Of a stretch of DNA of 59,160 nt, positions 9,526-19,766 are shown one piece after another; position 1 is the first letter of the stretch, and each line of letters opens with the position of its first letter. The position numbers and the translations under genes were made by a program. Source of the stretch: Macrostomum lignano (Eukaryota); NCBI GenBank assembly GCA_002269645.1, contig NIVC01003108.1, positions 1-59,160 on the forward strand, given 5' to 3'. A model generated the notes under the pieces. The model did no database searches, had not been told where the DNA came from, and saw only the letters and a list, made by a program, of their open reading frames with translations.

Positions 9526-9966
9526 ATGACCATGACGTGGGATGATTTTAAACAAAGATATGGAACAGACACAACAAGCAATATCGAATTAACAAATTGG
9601 GCGCGGCAACTAAAGATAAAACCATTCAGATGTGTTATGCGGGATGAGATAAAAAATTTACCAATATATGGATGTTTCATTGTTAACATCGAAACGACAA
9701 AAGAAAATGGTGTTCATTGGTCAGCAATTTATTCAAAACCTAAACTTGTTTATTTTTTTGATTCATACGCGCTTCCTCCGTTACAGGAAATAAAAGATAA
9801 ATTTAATCATACTAAAAATCGTTTATGTGGAGATCATCACGAACAATTTCAAACTTTTGATAAAAGTTATTGCGGACAAGCGGCGTTGTATTTTTTATAT
9901 AGGGTCGAAAAGGTAAAACAGGTAACTCCCGAAGTATTTAAGATAATTTTAGATTCTATAAAATAG
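9526..9966 (+). CDS. Adenain-like cysteine maturation protease
   Basis: GVHWSAI (His), YFFDSYA (Asp), QTFDKSYCG (Gln, Cys). Confidence 0.93.
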   Translation: MTMTWDDFKQRYGTDTTSNIELTNWARQLKIKPFRCVMRDEIKNLPIYGCFIVNIETTKENGVHWSAIYSKPKLVYFFDSYALPPLQEIKDKFNHTKNRLCGDHHEQFQTFDKSYCGQAALYFLYRVEKVKQVTPEVFKIILDSIK

Positions 9967-9975
9967 ACAGTAAAA

Positions 9976-12021
9976 ATGTTATTTTCTGGAACGCCCTCAT
10001 GGAACGGAACAACAAGTACTGGTGGTGGTACGTCTGGTGGAATAAGCGTCACATTCGGAGATAACCGATATATTAATGAAGATGAAGGTTATAAAAAAAG
10101 TGAAGTTGATACTAAACTAAATTTAAAAAGAAATGTTGCAGATTCCTATACCAAAACTCAAATAGATGATTCATTAAATTTAAAACGCAATACGGCCGAT
10201 TCTTATACCAAAACCGAAGTTGACAATGGGTTAAATTTAAAAAGAGATATAACTGATTCTTATTCTCGAACTCAAATCGATGATTCATTAAATTTAAAAC
10301 GCAATACGGCCGATTCTTATACCAAAACTGAAATAGATAATTCATTAAATTTAAAAAGAGATATTGCTGATTCTTATACCAAAACCGAAGTTGATAATTC
10401 CTTAAATTTGAAAAGAGATATAACTGATTCTTATACCAAAACCGAAGTTGATAATTCCCTAAATTTGAAACGGAATGTTGCCGATTCCTATACCAAAACC
10501 GAAGTTGATAATTCATTAAATTTAAAACGGAATGTTGCCGATTCCTATACCAAAACGGAGGTTGATAATTTAGTTGGAGGTGGAGCCCCAAAACAAGATC
10601 GATTCCAAACGGTTGAAACTGGTCACATACCTACCATGGCAGATTGGAGTGGAAATGGTTTTGCAATAACCGCAAGCACCGCATTTAATACAACCGATTT
10701 TGCAAGCTGGAAAGCGTTTGATGGTGATGATTCAACAGATTGGGCAACAAATAATACTCAAACCGATTATTGGATTCAAGTCCAATGCCCTTCCGCAATA
10801 ATGTGTTATAAAATTGATTTGCGTGGTAGGCCATCGCCATCAACCGAACACCCAGCATCATGGCGATTTGAGGGGAGTAACGACAATACAAGTTGGGACG
10901 TATTAATACCTGCGGATAGTTCTGTAGTAATAAATAACTCAACTCAAACAATTAATGTCACACAAAATTTTGATAAAACATATTCATATTTCAGATTGTT
11001 CTGTCTTACATCAACCTCGGGTTCAACCAACCCCGGCTTGTCAACCTTCCAGATTTATAGACAGACGTTTACAATTCTTGATTTAAATTTAGGAGTGGTT
11101 AATCAATCAATTGATATGGGTAATAATACAATTACTAATATCTCTACAATAAACGATAACACTTCTGTTGTTACTAAAGGTTATGTTGATACGCGAGTAA
11201 CCCAAACGGCGGATGGCCGAATGTCTTTTAACGATAAAATAAAATTGGATGGAATACCCGCGATTGATGCCGCTTTGTACGAGCCTGTGATTTTCAATTG
11301 GACTGGATATCAAAACCCAACCACAGCCGGCGATATTTTTCCAACTGGAAGTTTTGTTGGTGACGCTACTTATATTGATTATCAAAATGGAGCTAGAATT
11401 ACTGATGAAGCAAGTGGTCAGTCTGGAGCGTTGCAATTTAATTTCACCCATTTTCGTAATATATCCGCCTCCTTCTATTTCCGAGTTATTAATGCCACAG
11501 GAAGTGGTGCTGATGCGGTTTGGTTTTATGCATATTGTCACGAACGTCCAACAAGTGAATTTGGATCCGGGTTAACAACCAACGCCGGCTTGATTGTGTT
11601 TGCGAGTGAATGGCATGATAGAGTTGGAGTTGTTTGGAGTAATATAAAATCAGACGGAGCAACAGTTCGTAATGATGTTCTTAATGATGCTGATCAAACT
11701 ATAACTTATGCAAATATTGATAACGGCGATTGGCATTTATTTGAAATTAATATTTTAAATCAAAGAGTTTGGTATCAAATAAGCACATACAATGTTTCAG
11801 CTAAAACATATACGCTAATTGGGCAAAACTTTTTTACATATGATAGTGGAACTTGGGGAGAGTTAGATAAAACGGGAACTCTTATGGGGTTTGGTGCTAG
11901 AACTGGAGGGGCAGATGCTGCACATTTTATTCGTGGCGCTGCCGTTTGTGGTAGCACATCAGCAGGATCTGATTTTGCTGCGACCGCATATTTGGAACAG
12001 CCACAAGCCGAAATAGCCTAA
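9976..12021 (+). CDS. Fibre/spike-like protein, 681 aa: 8 x 19-aa repeats, discoidin (F5/8C)-like domain, C-terminal L-type lectin-like domain
   Basis: Repeat NLKRxxxDSYTKTEVDNSL (~10119-10570); ITAS...WKAFDGDDSTDW...WIQVQ...FEGSNDNTSW...YFRL; VVTKGYVD linker; QSGALQF...GADAVWF...GFGARTGG..H. Confidence 0.75.
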   Translation: MLFSGTPSWNGTTSTGGGTSGGISVTFGDNRYINEDEGYKKSEVDTKLNLKRNVADSYTKTQIDDSLNLKRNTADSYTKTEVDNGLNLKRDITDSYSRTQIDDSLNLKRNTADSYTKTEIDNSLNLKRDIADSYTKTEVDNSLNLKRDITDSYTKTEVDNSLNLKRNVADSYTKTEVDNSLNLKRNVADSYTKTEVDNLVGGGAPKQDRFQTVETGHIPTMADWSGNGFAITASTAFNTTDFASWKAFDGDDSTDWATNNTQTDYWIQVQCPSAIMCYKIDLRGRPSPSTEHPASWRFEGSNDNTSWDVLIPADSSVVINNSTQTINVTQNFDKTYSYFRLFCLTSTSGSTNPGLSTFQIYRQTFTILDLNLGVVNQSIDMGNNTITNISTINDNTSVVTKGYVDTRVTQTADGRMSFNDKIKLDGIPAIDAALYEPVIFNWTGYQNPTTAGDIFPTGSFVGDATYIDYQNGARITDEASGQSGALQFNFTHFRNISASFYFRVINATGSGADAVWFYAYCHERPTSEFGSGLTTNAGLIVFASEWHDRVGVVWSNIKSDGATVRNDVLNDADQTITYANIDNGDWHLFEINILNQRVWYQISTYNVSAKTYTLIGQNFFTYDSGTWGELDKTGTLMGFGARTGGADAAHFIRGAAVCGSTSAGSDFAATAYLEQPQAEIA

Positions 12022-12077
12022 GGCTAAAGCCTAAGTCGCGAACCAAAGGTTCGATAACTTAAATATTTCTATATAAA

Positions 12078-12407
12078 ATGGCTTTTAGTAGAACTCCATC
12101 GATGCGACAAAATAACAATGTTATTATTCCTATTCCTAAACAAGAATCAAATATAAAAACATACAAATCTCATACCAAATATTTATTTAGCCATGTGAAT
12201 GTTCAGGATAATAAGAAACTTCAAGAATTAATTAAATTGTTAAAAAACCATATCATACTTCAAGAGTTTTGGAAAATAGGATTTAAATGGGAGAAAAAAG
12301 AAAGAATCACTCCGATACAATACCTATTGAGCTCCGGACAAATACCCAAAGAGCGTGGGGAATTCATTTTGGTGCTATTAAAAATAGACGAAAATGTCGG
12401 TGTCTGA
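12078..12407 (+). CDS. Viral hypothetical protein, 109 aa
   Basis: ORF with TATAAAATG start. Confidence 0.6.
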   Translation: MAFSRTPSMRQNNNVIIPIPKQESNIKTYKSHTKYLFSHVNVQDNKKLQELIKLLKNHIILQEFWKIGFKWEKKERITPIQYLLSSGQIPKERGEFILVLLKIDENVGV

Positions 12408-12536
12408 GGCAGATAAAAGGGAACGTGACCATTTTAACCAACGTAAAGGTCACATGTTAAGTAATGTTGATCGTATTAACTATGATTATATTTATATGTT
12501 AAAAAAGTAAGAAGGATTTCAAACCATATCAGAAAT

Positions 12537-13045
12537 ATGGATTTTTTCAATATTGGTTTTGGAAGCTTATCGATGTTATGTGTAATCGTTTTAGGTATTT
12601 TACAATCTATTCCAACTCTTAATTTATCTCAATTATTTTTAGGTATTTCAATTGGCTCAATATCAGGATTTGAATTAATCAGAAATTTATCAATACTTAT
12701 GGCAATTAAATTATATCTTAAAAAACGAAAGGATAAATATAAATCATTAAGAGATATTGCAAAACAATATAAAAATCAGTTGTATTTATATGTGCAAAAA
12801 TATTGGATGATGGAGAGATAACAATTCATGAGTTATCAACGGCGGTTGAATTATATGAAAAATATTTAAAAGATCGAAATAGAATTTTAGATGTTGAAAC
12901 TTTTACCGATATGGAGTTAAAAGAGTTGAGACTCGATAAACCCAAAGCTCCGCCGATAGAAACTATTGAATACAAACCAGAAACTATGGCTATGGGGGTA
13001 CAAAGCCCCCGATCAGGTAGCGCTGTAGAACTTCAAGTTGTTTAA
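12537..13045 (+). CDS. Viral two-TM membrane protein (~169 aa after joining two ORFs at the A5 run 12796-12800)
   Basis: Two hydrophobic segments, then KKRKDKY...VQK(I)LDDGEITIHEL...EKY; adding one A makes a continuous ORF. Confidence 0.6.
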
Positions 13046-13525
13046 TTTTTCTAACGCATACGTTATATATTCTTCCCAAAGTGGTAATTCTCTTGTAATT
13101 CTAGGTTTAAATTTTTTATCAATACATAAAAATTCCAATGACTTTTTCAGTAACATTTCGTTAGGTATGTTACCTATCCTTATAAACTTTGTATTCTCTC
13201 GAATAAGAAAATTAAAATAATATCCAACTAAAATTAAAATCCTTTCGGAGTCTTTCGAACTTAATCCCTTTCCTTTATTTAAATTGAAAAAGTTGTTATA
13301 TAAATAAACATTATTTCCGGGAATTAAAATTGGATGAGAAATGTCTCTTGTAAGATTTCTTAATATTGTGTTTTTAAAATAGTAATATGAATTTTCAATC
13401 TTTTTTGTTTTTTCAAATTGATATATTTTAGAACATGAATAGCACATATGATATATATCTCCGCTTGCTGTTTGAGCTCTATGCATAGTCACGTTACATT
13501 TTTTACATTCGTAAATGTCTTTCAT
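13013..13525 (-). CDS. Viral hypothetical protein with N-terminal CxxC...CxxC zinc ribbon, 170 aa
   Basis: YECKKC...MCYSC; AAAAATG start. Confidence 0.65.
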   Translation of the reverse strand: MKDIYECKKCNVTMHRAQTASGDIYHMCYSCSKIYQFEKTKKIENSYYYFKNTILRNLTRDISHPILIPGNNVYLYNNFFNLNKGKGLSSKDSERILILVGYYFNFLIRENTKFIRIGNIPNEMLLKKSLEFLCIDKKFKPRITRELPLWEEYITYALEKLNNLKFYSAT

Positions 13526-13551
13526 TTTTTTGTTATTTTTTTAGATTAAAA

Positions 13552-13884
13552 ATGGAAAGTTGGTTGAAAACCGATTCTAATGTGATTAATTATGTCACCC
13601 CCAATATGTTGGAGAATAAAGAATATAATATTATATGTTTGAGACAGGTTAAATTTATTGGACTTCAATCGATATTTTTACAATTGGATTCACATACAGT
13701 TCTATGTCTAAGTGGGAATGATGTTAAAAATTTTCCAGTTTTAGTTATTAATAAACCTAAAGCGTTCATTATAAAATACAGCACCGAGGGTGGGTTGCAA
13801 TTTAAAATAAAACAAACAAAAAATAAAAAGAGTGACAGGACTGTAAAATTAGCTTCCGTTTGGGAGACTGACGAAGATGACTAA
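13552..13884 (+). CDS. Viral hypothetical protein, 110 aa
   Basis: TAAAAATG start; compact packing. Confidence 0.6.
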   Translation: MESWLKTDSNVINYVTPNMLENKEYNIICLRQVKFIGLQSIFLQLDSHTVLCLSGNDVKNFPVLVINKPKAFIIKYSTEGGLQFKIKQTKNKKSDRTVKLASVWETDEDD

Positions 13885-14245
13885 ATTTTTTTATAAGAAA
13901 ATGGAGATACAAATTATCCTTATCACTAAAGAGCGTGAACTTAATTATATTAATAAAAAAATAAATACTATGTTTTATAGTGATTATGGGGACGATATGT
14001 TTCCTATCCGATACGACTTGGATAAAAGAAAGCGTTTTATACAAAAAGCAATTGATTATGCTGAAACAGTAATTGAAATTGAAATAGATAGATTGGTTAG
14101 ACGAATAAAAAAACTTAGGAAAAAAATAAAGGAATGTTTAAGTTACCCTGCCGACTGCGAGGACAATTGGCCTTCAATAATATATGAAATTGAAGTTAAT
14201 GATATGGTCAAACAATTACATGCTTTGGTTTTTTTCAAGTGCTAA
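13877..14245 (+). CDS. Viral hypothetical protein, ~110-122 aa
   Basis: ORF overlapping the previous one; converges on PolB. Confidence 0.55.
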   Translation: MTKFFYKKMEIQIILITKERELNYINKKINTMFYSDYGDDMFPIRYDLDKRKRFIQKAIDYAETVIEIEIDRLVRRIKKLRKKIKECLSYPADCEDNWPSIIYEIEVNDMVKQLHALVFFKC

Positions 14246-17200
14246 TTCATCAATATCAAACTCAAAACAATTATAATCAACATCAAATAGTAAACTGTTA
14301 TAATATGCAATTGAATTTTCGTGTTGTGGTTTGTCATCAAAATAGTTTTTAAAGAATGGTTTCATAACTCCGTTTTTATCCGGTTTTTCTCTTTTAAATG
14401 TGTTTATCGTAGAGGTATATGTTTTTGATATTGTTGATCCACTTTGGGGATTATTATGCCTCCTTCAAACGATCGTTTCCATGGGGCATTATTATTTACT
14501 TTTATTGACTGCCCATCATATAACGTTTTAAACGATGCAAAATTAATCTTATCATTTGCACATCCTTTAAATGTTTTTTTCTCTTCCATAATAAAATCGT
14601 CTTTCAATAAAAGACAATATTTAATTTTAGGAGCGATAAAATAACCGAATATAATTCCACCCTCTCCATAATCATTTTTTCCTTGACTTAAATTATTTCC
14701 AACATGCCCGTTTTTATTTAATGTGTCCCAATATTTTTTATGTATATATAACGAATCTGTATCGCCGTAATAAATTTCTGGAGTCTTTGAGCCGTCTATA
14801 GAGGTGATAAAATTATTCATGATCCTTCTTGAATGAGCTAAGATAAATATTCCTAATTGTGCTGGACAAAGGCTTGTTATAGGACAATCCTCTTCCTCAT
14901 CTACATATTCTTGCGTGTCTTTATTTTTTTCAACATAATATAAATCGTCACATATTTTCTCATATGATTTGATTGTGTCATCGTATTCTGTTTTTAATGT
15001 TTGCAAATTCCAGAGATGTGTTGTGAAAGTAATGTCTCTTTGAACTGTTTTGCCATATAATGAATTTAATAGTGTTTTTACCAATTCAGAACCTGCCTCG
15101 TTATTTTCTTTTTTAAATACTTTTCTCCTTTCAAAAAGGCTTGTAATATAATTCTGAAACGGAGAGAAATCGTAATTTTTTTCATATACAATTCCACTAT
15201 ATATCTTTAATATTTTTCCACCCATTCTTACAATTTCTTGTATATCTACGGAACATAAGGTGTCAATTACCTTTCCGTTTTTAAACCTATTTAATGTTTT
15301 TGTTTCGTTTGCTTTTGTTTCCGGATTATAAAATTTCTCTTTATCTTTCGATGGGAGATGTTGAAGAAAAACGGTGTTAGGATTCTCATACATAATCTTT
15401 AAAACCGCTGTTTTTGGTCGAAAGGTTTGTGAATTAAATTGTGATAAGAAATCTTTTTCCTCGCTTATATCAAACACCCTGGCTGTTTCTGCTCTTGGAT
15501 ATTCGCTATCCTTATCAGACATGGCGGATGGGTACAATGAGACCCCATCAAAATTCATTAAACAATCTGATACGGTACCCAATTGATTTTTTAGTTTAAT
15601 TGCGATTTTCTTTTTTTCTTCCATATCGCTTTTGAGATAAGATGATATAACCTCGCATGGGTCGCTTGTTGGTGTTTTTAAATGGTCTTTTACAACGTCT
15701 ACTATTGTTTGAAAACAATCACTTTCGTATTTATTTATTAGTGCAAATACTCTACCTCCTTTGACTGCGTCCCGCATAAACCTTCTTATATAAGGATTGG
15801 TATGAGAGTGAACTGAAAATTCTTTTCTTAATAGTGTTTGGTATTTCGCTTTTTCAAGATTGCTTAAGTCAAAATAATCTTCTATTTTCAACGGAGATAT
15901 TATTTCTTCAACTTTTTTAATGTAATTAGTTTTTTCTTCTGTCTTTAGATATTGTTTCATTTTGTCTTCAACTCTAACAAAATCTTTAAACCAACATTTT
16001 AATGTTAAACTTGAACACGTAAGAGTATCAAACATTGTCATTCCTCCAATTTCATATGCTATTTCGTTATATTTATGAATACAGGCACATAAAGAAATAA
16101 GATCAAATTGTAAATATTCATACCATTCGTCTATGCGTTCTAGATAATCGTGCTCGGTAATGTCATGAACCATTGAGGTTTTTCGCAAATCCTCTCTAAT
16201 TGTCATTGATGAGCAAAACTTTTTTAAACTCATTGAAGCGTGTTGATATGAACAAAGCATCGTAATGGTTTGTTTCGAATCCTTGTGATTCTTCTTCTTA
16301 TCTTTATTTATAAACGCACTAACCTCTTTTGACGCGTAATCGTTTACAAAAGTGATTGATAATATTCCTCTTGGGGTTTTGAGAATTTTAATTGGTTTTA
16401 TATTACAAAATAGTGGTATGTATGAATCAAAGCGGGATGAGTTGTGTGCGATCAAAACAATCTTTTTTGACCTAACTGTACCAAGGTATTTAAACATTTT
16501 TCTAACGCAGTCGGTCTTAGCTCCGTCTGTTTGAAAATCACAACCGCGATCTGATATCAAGATCTTAGTTAGTTTCTTTATTTCCTCTGGGGTTTCGTTA
16601 CAATTATTAGAAAAGTCATTATAATTTAAAAGACCAACCGCATACGGGCATGCTTGTTGATTATAATTTAAATATGTTTCAAAATCAAATATATATACAT
16701 TTGATTTATTGGGATTTGTGGGTGTGTTGAATATTTTTAACTCCTTAACATTTTCGGGTGTTGGGTTTTTAAACACTACTTTATAATTGTCTTTTATCCG
16801 TTCGAGGGCGATTCCTCGTTGTTTATTTGATATAAGACAATAATGCCCAATGTGGTAATCGGGTGTGTGAAATAATTTATTAATAACCAATCGTGGTGAA
16901 TCCCTCTTTGAGACTTTGGTTCAATGCCGCGATTTTTGGTGTTGTACAGCCCTATATTAAGATTAAAATATTCATTGAATCTTCCAATTCTTGAATTTGT
17001 CATTAAACCTCTTTGGGTTCTTGAGTCGTACAACCAAGCACCATATTCGTCTTTGCGTGGGGCTTTATCACCATATATAAATTTAACGCACTTATAGAAA
17101 CAATTTCCATCACTAGGTATGTAACAGTACTCATCTTTATACTCTGCAATTTCACACATGACATTTGTTCCCATACCCTGCTTTGACCTTTCGTGTTTAA

Positions 17201-17812
17201 TTGTAATTTCATTTGGTGTCATTTTAAGTCTTCCAGAAAACATACTTAAATTCATGTTATAGTTTTCTACCAAATGCTTAATCCAAGCTTGAAACTGTTT
17301 TATATTATAAAATGTTGCTAAGTATTGATTAATCTCTTCGCGATCATCGCCGCTATCGTTATAAAAATATTGTACACTAGCATTAGTAATTTCAACACTA
17401 TATCCGTTTGAAAGTTGGGTTTCAATAAAATCTAGCACCTTCTGCATTGGTTCAAATCGATAAACCCTAATAAACTCTTCTAATGGTTTTTCATCCGATT
17501 TATTCTTAGTTTTCCGACGTGTTTGTTTCTTTTGGTTTTTTCTAATTCTGCTATTCTTTTTTCATATTCAACCTTTTCTACTAAACGCTTAAAAGCTTCT
17601 TCTGCCCTTATACTATTTGCTAATTCGTTTATTTGTTGTTCTTGTATTTCTCTTTCTCTCTGCCTTTCTCTCTGTCTTTCTCTTGCTCTTCGCCGAAGTT
17701 GCTGTCTTTGGCGCCGTTCAATTTGTTCAATCTGTCTTTGTAATAGATTGAACTGTTGGCGCTCATTTGCAAGAAGTTGTCGAATCTGATCTGGGGTCAA
17801 TCTTTGTTCCAT
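14216..17812 (-). CDS. Protein-primed family B DNA polymerase with N-terminal region and vOTU domain; split here by three one-base frameshifts (17536-17541, 16876-16878, 14422-14426)
   Basis: ExoI IFDFET, ExoII AHNSSRFD, ExoIII YLQFD; Pol A DGVSLYPSAM, B KTLLNSLYGK, C YGDTDSLY, KxY APKIKY; OTU IPSDGNCFYKC...GHYCLI; restored C-terminus STINTFKREKPDKNGVMKPF. Confidence 0.93.
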
Positions 17813-17896
17813 TTTATAGAATATAATTTATATAATGTTTGAATTATTGGTTTTTTAATTTTATGTTTTTAGCGTCCTGACCCACCTCCCAGGAGC

Positions 17897-18871
17897 CTAT
17901 TCGAGATCTGCTTTTGGTAACAGTAGTCCATTGCCCATAACGTTTGAATTTAAGAAAATTCCTGAACCTGCTTTTGGTCTCATTTCGAGATATAATCCGC
18001 TTCCGTCGTGTTTTTCAATTATGTTAAAATCTTTTCCTAACTTAGTAAAAATCTTCTGAACTGCCGGCCTAAAATTAGCTCCAATATTATCAAAAAACCC
18101 TTTAGCTTTCTCACCCGTTTTTTCTAAAGTTTGACCAAATTCCTGTAGTTTATCTGCTACAACTCCACTTCCTTGGGTTGTTCCTTTTAGTACCAAGCCG
18201 CTGCCATTTAACAGTAAACCTTTTCCGGCTGCTAACCTAGCTTCTGCATTTCTTTTTTGCTCTGCTGTTGCTGAACTACTATTAATGGTGTCAATAAGTT
18301 TCTGTTTGAATTGAGCATCCTGCGTTATTTGCTGTCTTTGAAATTCGGCCTCTCTTTTAGCTTTTTCATCCGCAGCTTTTTTGTCATTTACTGCTTTTGC
18401 AATTCCAGCTGCTCCACCAGCAACTCCTCCAGCTGCTCCTATTCCTGCAAAAATTATTGGTAACAAAGTTGCAAGTGGTAATATGCCTCCCTGTTTTGCC
18501 TTTAATTCTGCTAACTGTTTTCGGTTATCATGAATTCTTTTGCCTGCTAAACCGGCTGCTCCGGCTGCTCCGAGGCCTAAAAGAATTGGTAAAATAGGTA
18601 GTAAACCACCGTCCTTTTTAGTGTGAGTCTCCAATAAAAATTTTACATCGGACTCTGTCAGCCTATAATTTCTACCACGATTCTTAAAGGATATTGGCCT
18701 TCCTTCTTGTGCATATTTTGCAGCAAGTTTAAATGTATCGATGTCGTAGTCAAGTTTTTTACCTAAACGATCCAATCTTTTTAACATTGTGTGGCTATGT
18801 TTATTATCATCTAGATTTAAAGTATCTACAATTTCTCCTATAAAATGTAGCCGTTCATTATCCGTGTCCAT
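17897..18871 (-). CDS. Virion core / membrane-active protein with Gly-Ala-rich amphipathic segments, 324 aa
   Basis: DGGLLPILPILLGLGAAG; QGGILPLATLLPIIFAGIGAAGGVAGGAAGIAKAVND; repeated GKGL/GSGL motifs, as in Maverick/adintovirus core proteins. Confidence 0.75.
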   Translation of the reverse strand: MDTDNERLHFIGEIVDTLNLDDNKHSHTMLKRLDRLGKKLDYDIDTFKLAAKYAQEGRPISFKNRGRNYRLTESDVKFLLETHTKKDGGLLPILPILLGLGAAGAAGLAGKRIHDNRKQLAELKAKQGGILPLATLLPIIFAGIGAAGGVAGGAAGIAKAVNDKKAADEKAKREAEFQRQQITQDAQFKQKLIDTINSSSATAEQKRNAEARLAAGKGLLLNGSGLVLKGTTQGSGVVADKLQEFGQTLEKTGEKAKGFFDNIGANFRPAVQKIFTKLGKDFNIIEKHDGSGLYLEMRPKAGSGIFLNSNVMGNGLLLPKADLE

Positions 18872-18881
18872 TTTTATATTG

Positions 18882-19322
18882 TTAAAATTTTTTTAATCCT
18901 TTTCCGCCTTTAATGGTGGTTAGCATTTTATTAAAATCCTGAATATCTTTATTACTTATTGGAGTGCTTTTCGTAGGGGTTTCTGTTGGTTGTGCGGCTT
19001 GTGCCAGCTTTAAATCTTTTATTGCATTTATTTGTGAGAGGGTGTCGTTAAATTCTCTCAATTTCTTTAGTTCTTCTGCTGCTCTAGCTGCTTCAATTCC
19101 TCCTTTTACAGCATTTGTTATAGAACCTGCTGCGGAGCCTGCTTGCCCTATAAGACCCATATTGTCTTTAACAAAATTTGCTGCTGTTCCAACCACATCA
19201 AAAAGACCCTCACCTCGGTATTCAACTGGATCTCCTACCTGCAATTCATTCAGATTTTGCATATTAGTAACGTGTGTCATTTTTTGTTCTATTTTTAGTA
19301 ACAGAAAAAAGATTGTCTGCAT
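18882..19322 (-). CDS. Probable virion core protein (~130-146 aa)
   Basis: RGEGLFDVVGTAANFVKDN..., C-terminal KGGKGLKKF; likely true start at MTHVTN (AAAAATG). Confidence 0.6.
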   Translation of the reverse strand: MQTIFFLLLKIEQKMTHVTNMQNLNELQVGDPVEYRGEGLFDVVGTAANFVKDNMGLIGQAGSAAGSITNAVKGGIEAARAAEELKKLREFNDTLSQINAIKDLKLAQAAQPTETPTKSTPISNKDIQDFNKMLTTIKGGKGLKKF

Positions 19323-19443
19323 TCCATTTAGACCAGATTTTTGAAAACGAAAACCAAAACGAAAAATCTGGTCTAAATGGAATGTTGAGTGGGTGGGTGA
19401 GCTGACTATAAATAGCTTCTATTCTTTCTCTACCAAAACTTCC

Positions 19444-19766
19444 AGACCCTTCGCGCCTGCGGCGCGTGCGACGGGTTATAGAGAGTTTGTGTGTATTGGG
19501 GAGAGTTGGAAGCGTTGACGATACAAAATAGCCAGCAAACCAAAGCGTTCGACGAGAGCGTGTTCTCACCATTCAAAGAGAATTAATCGTTGTAAGTGTG
19601 AAATGACTTGTTTGACCGAAATGAAGCGAGGATGAGCGAAGCGAGTTGAGCGAAGTGAAGACGAGCGAAAATGAAGGGAAAACAAGTCATTTCACACTGA
19701 TAAAGGGTTAAATTGTTTGCAATGGTGAGAACGGTTTGCTGGCTATTTTGTATCGTATATACTACT
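19444..19766 (-). repeat. Right terminal inverted repeat (323 bp)
   Basis: Reverse complement of 2432-2754. Confidence 0.97.

Larger units (their letters stand above)
2432..19766. mobile_element. Complete Maverick/Polinton (adintovirus-like) endogenous dsDNA virus, 17,335 bp
   Basis: Termini AGTAGT...ACTACT; 6-bp TSD GAGTCC at 2426-2431 and 19767-19772; 323-bp TIRs; AT-rich compact gene set with pPolB, integrase, MCP, mCP, ATPase and protease. Confidence 0.98.

Noticed and set aside
4241-17541. Programmed ribosomal frameshifting at the viral frame breaks
   Set aside because: No canonical X XXY YYZ heptamer in the right frame, and the same -1 pattern occurs in host DPYS; error is more parsimonious
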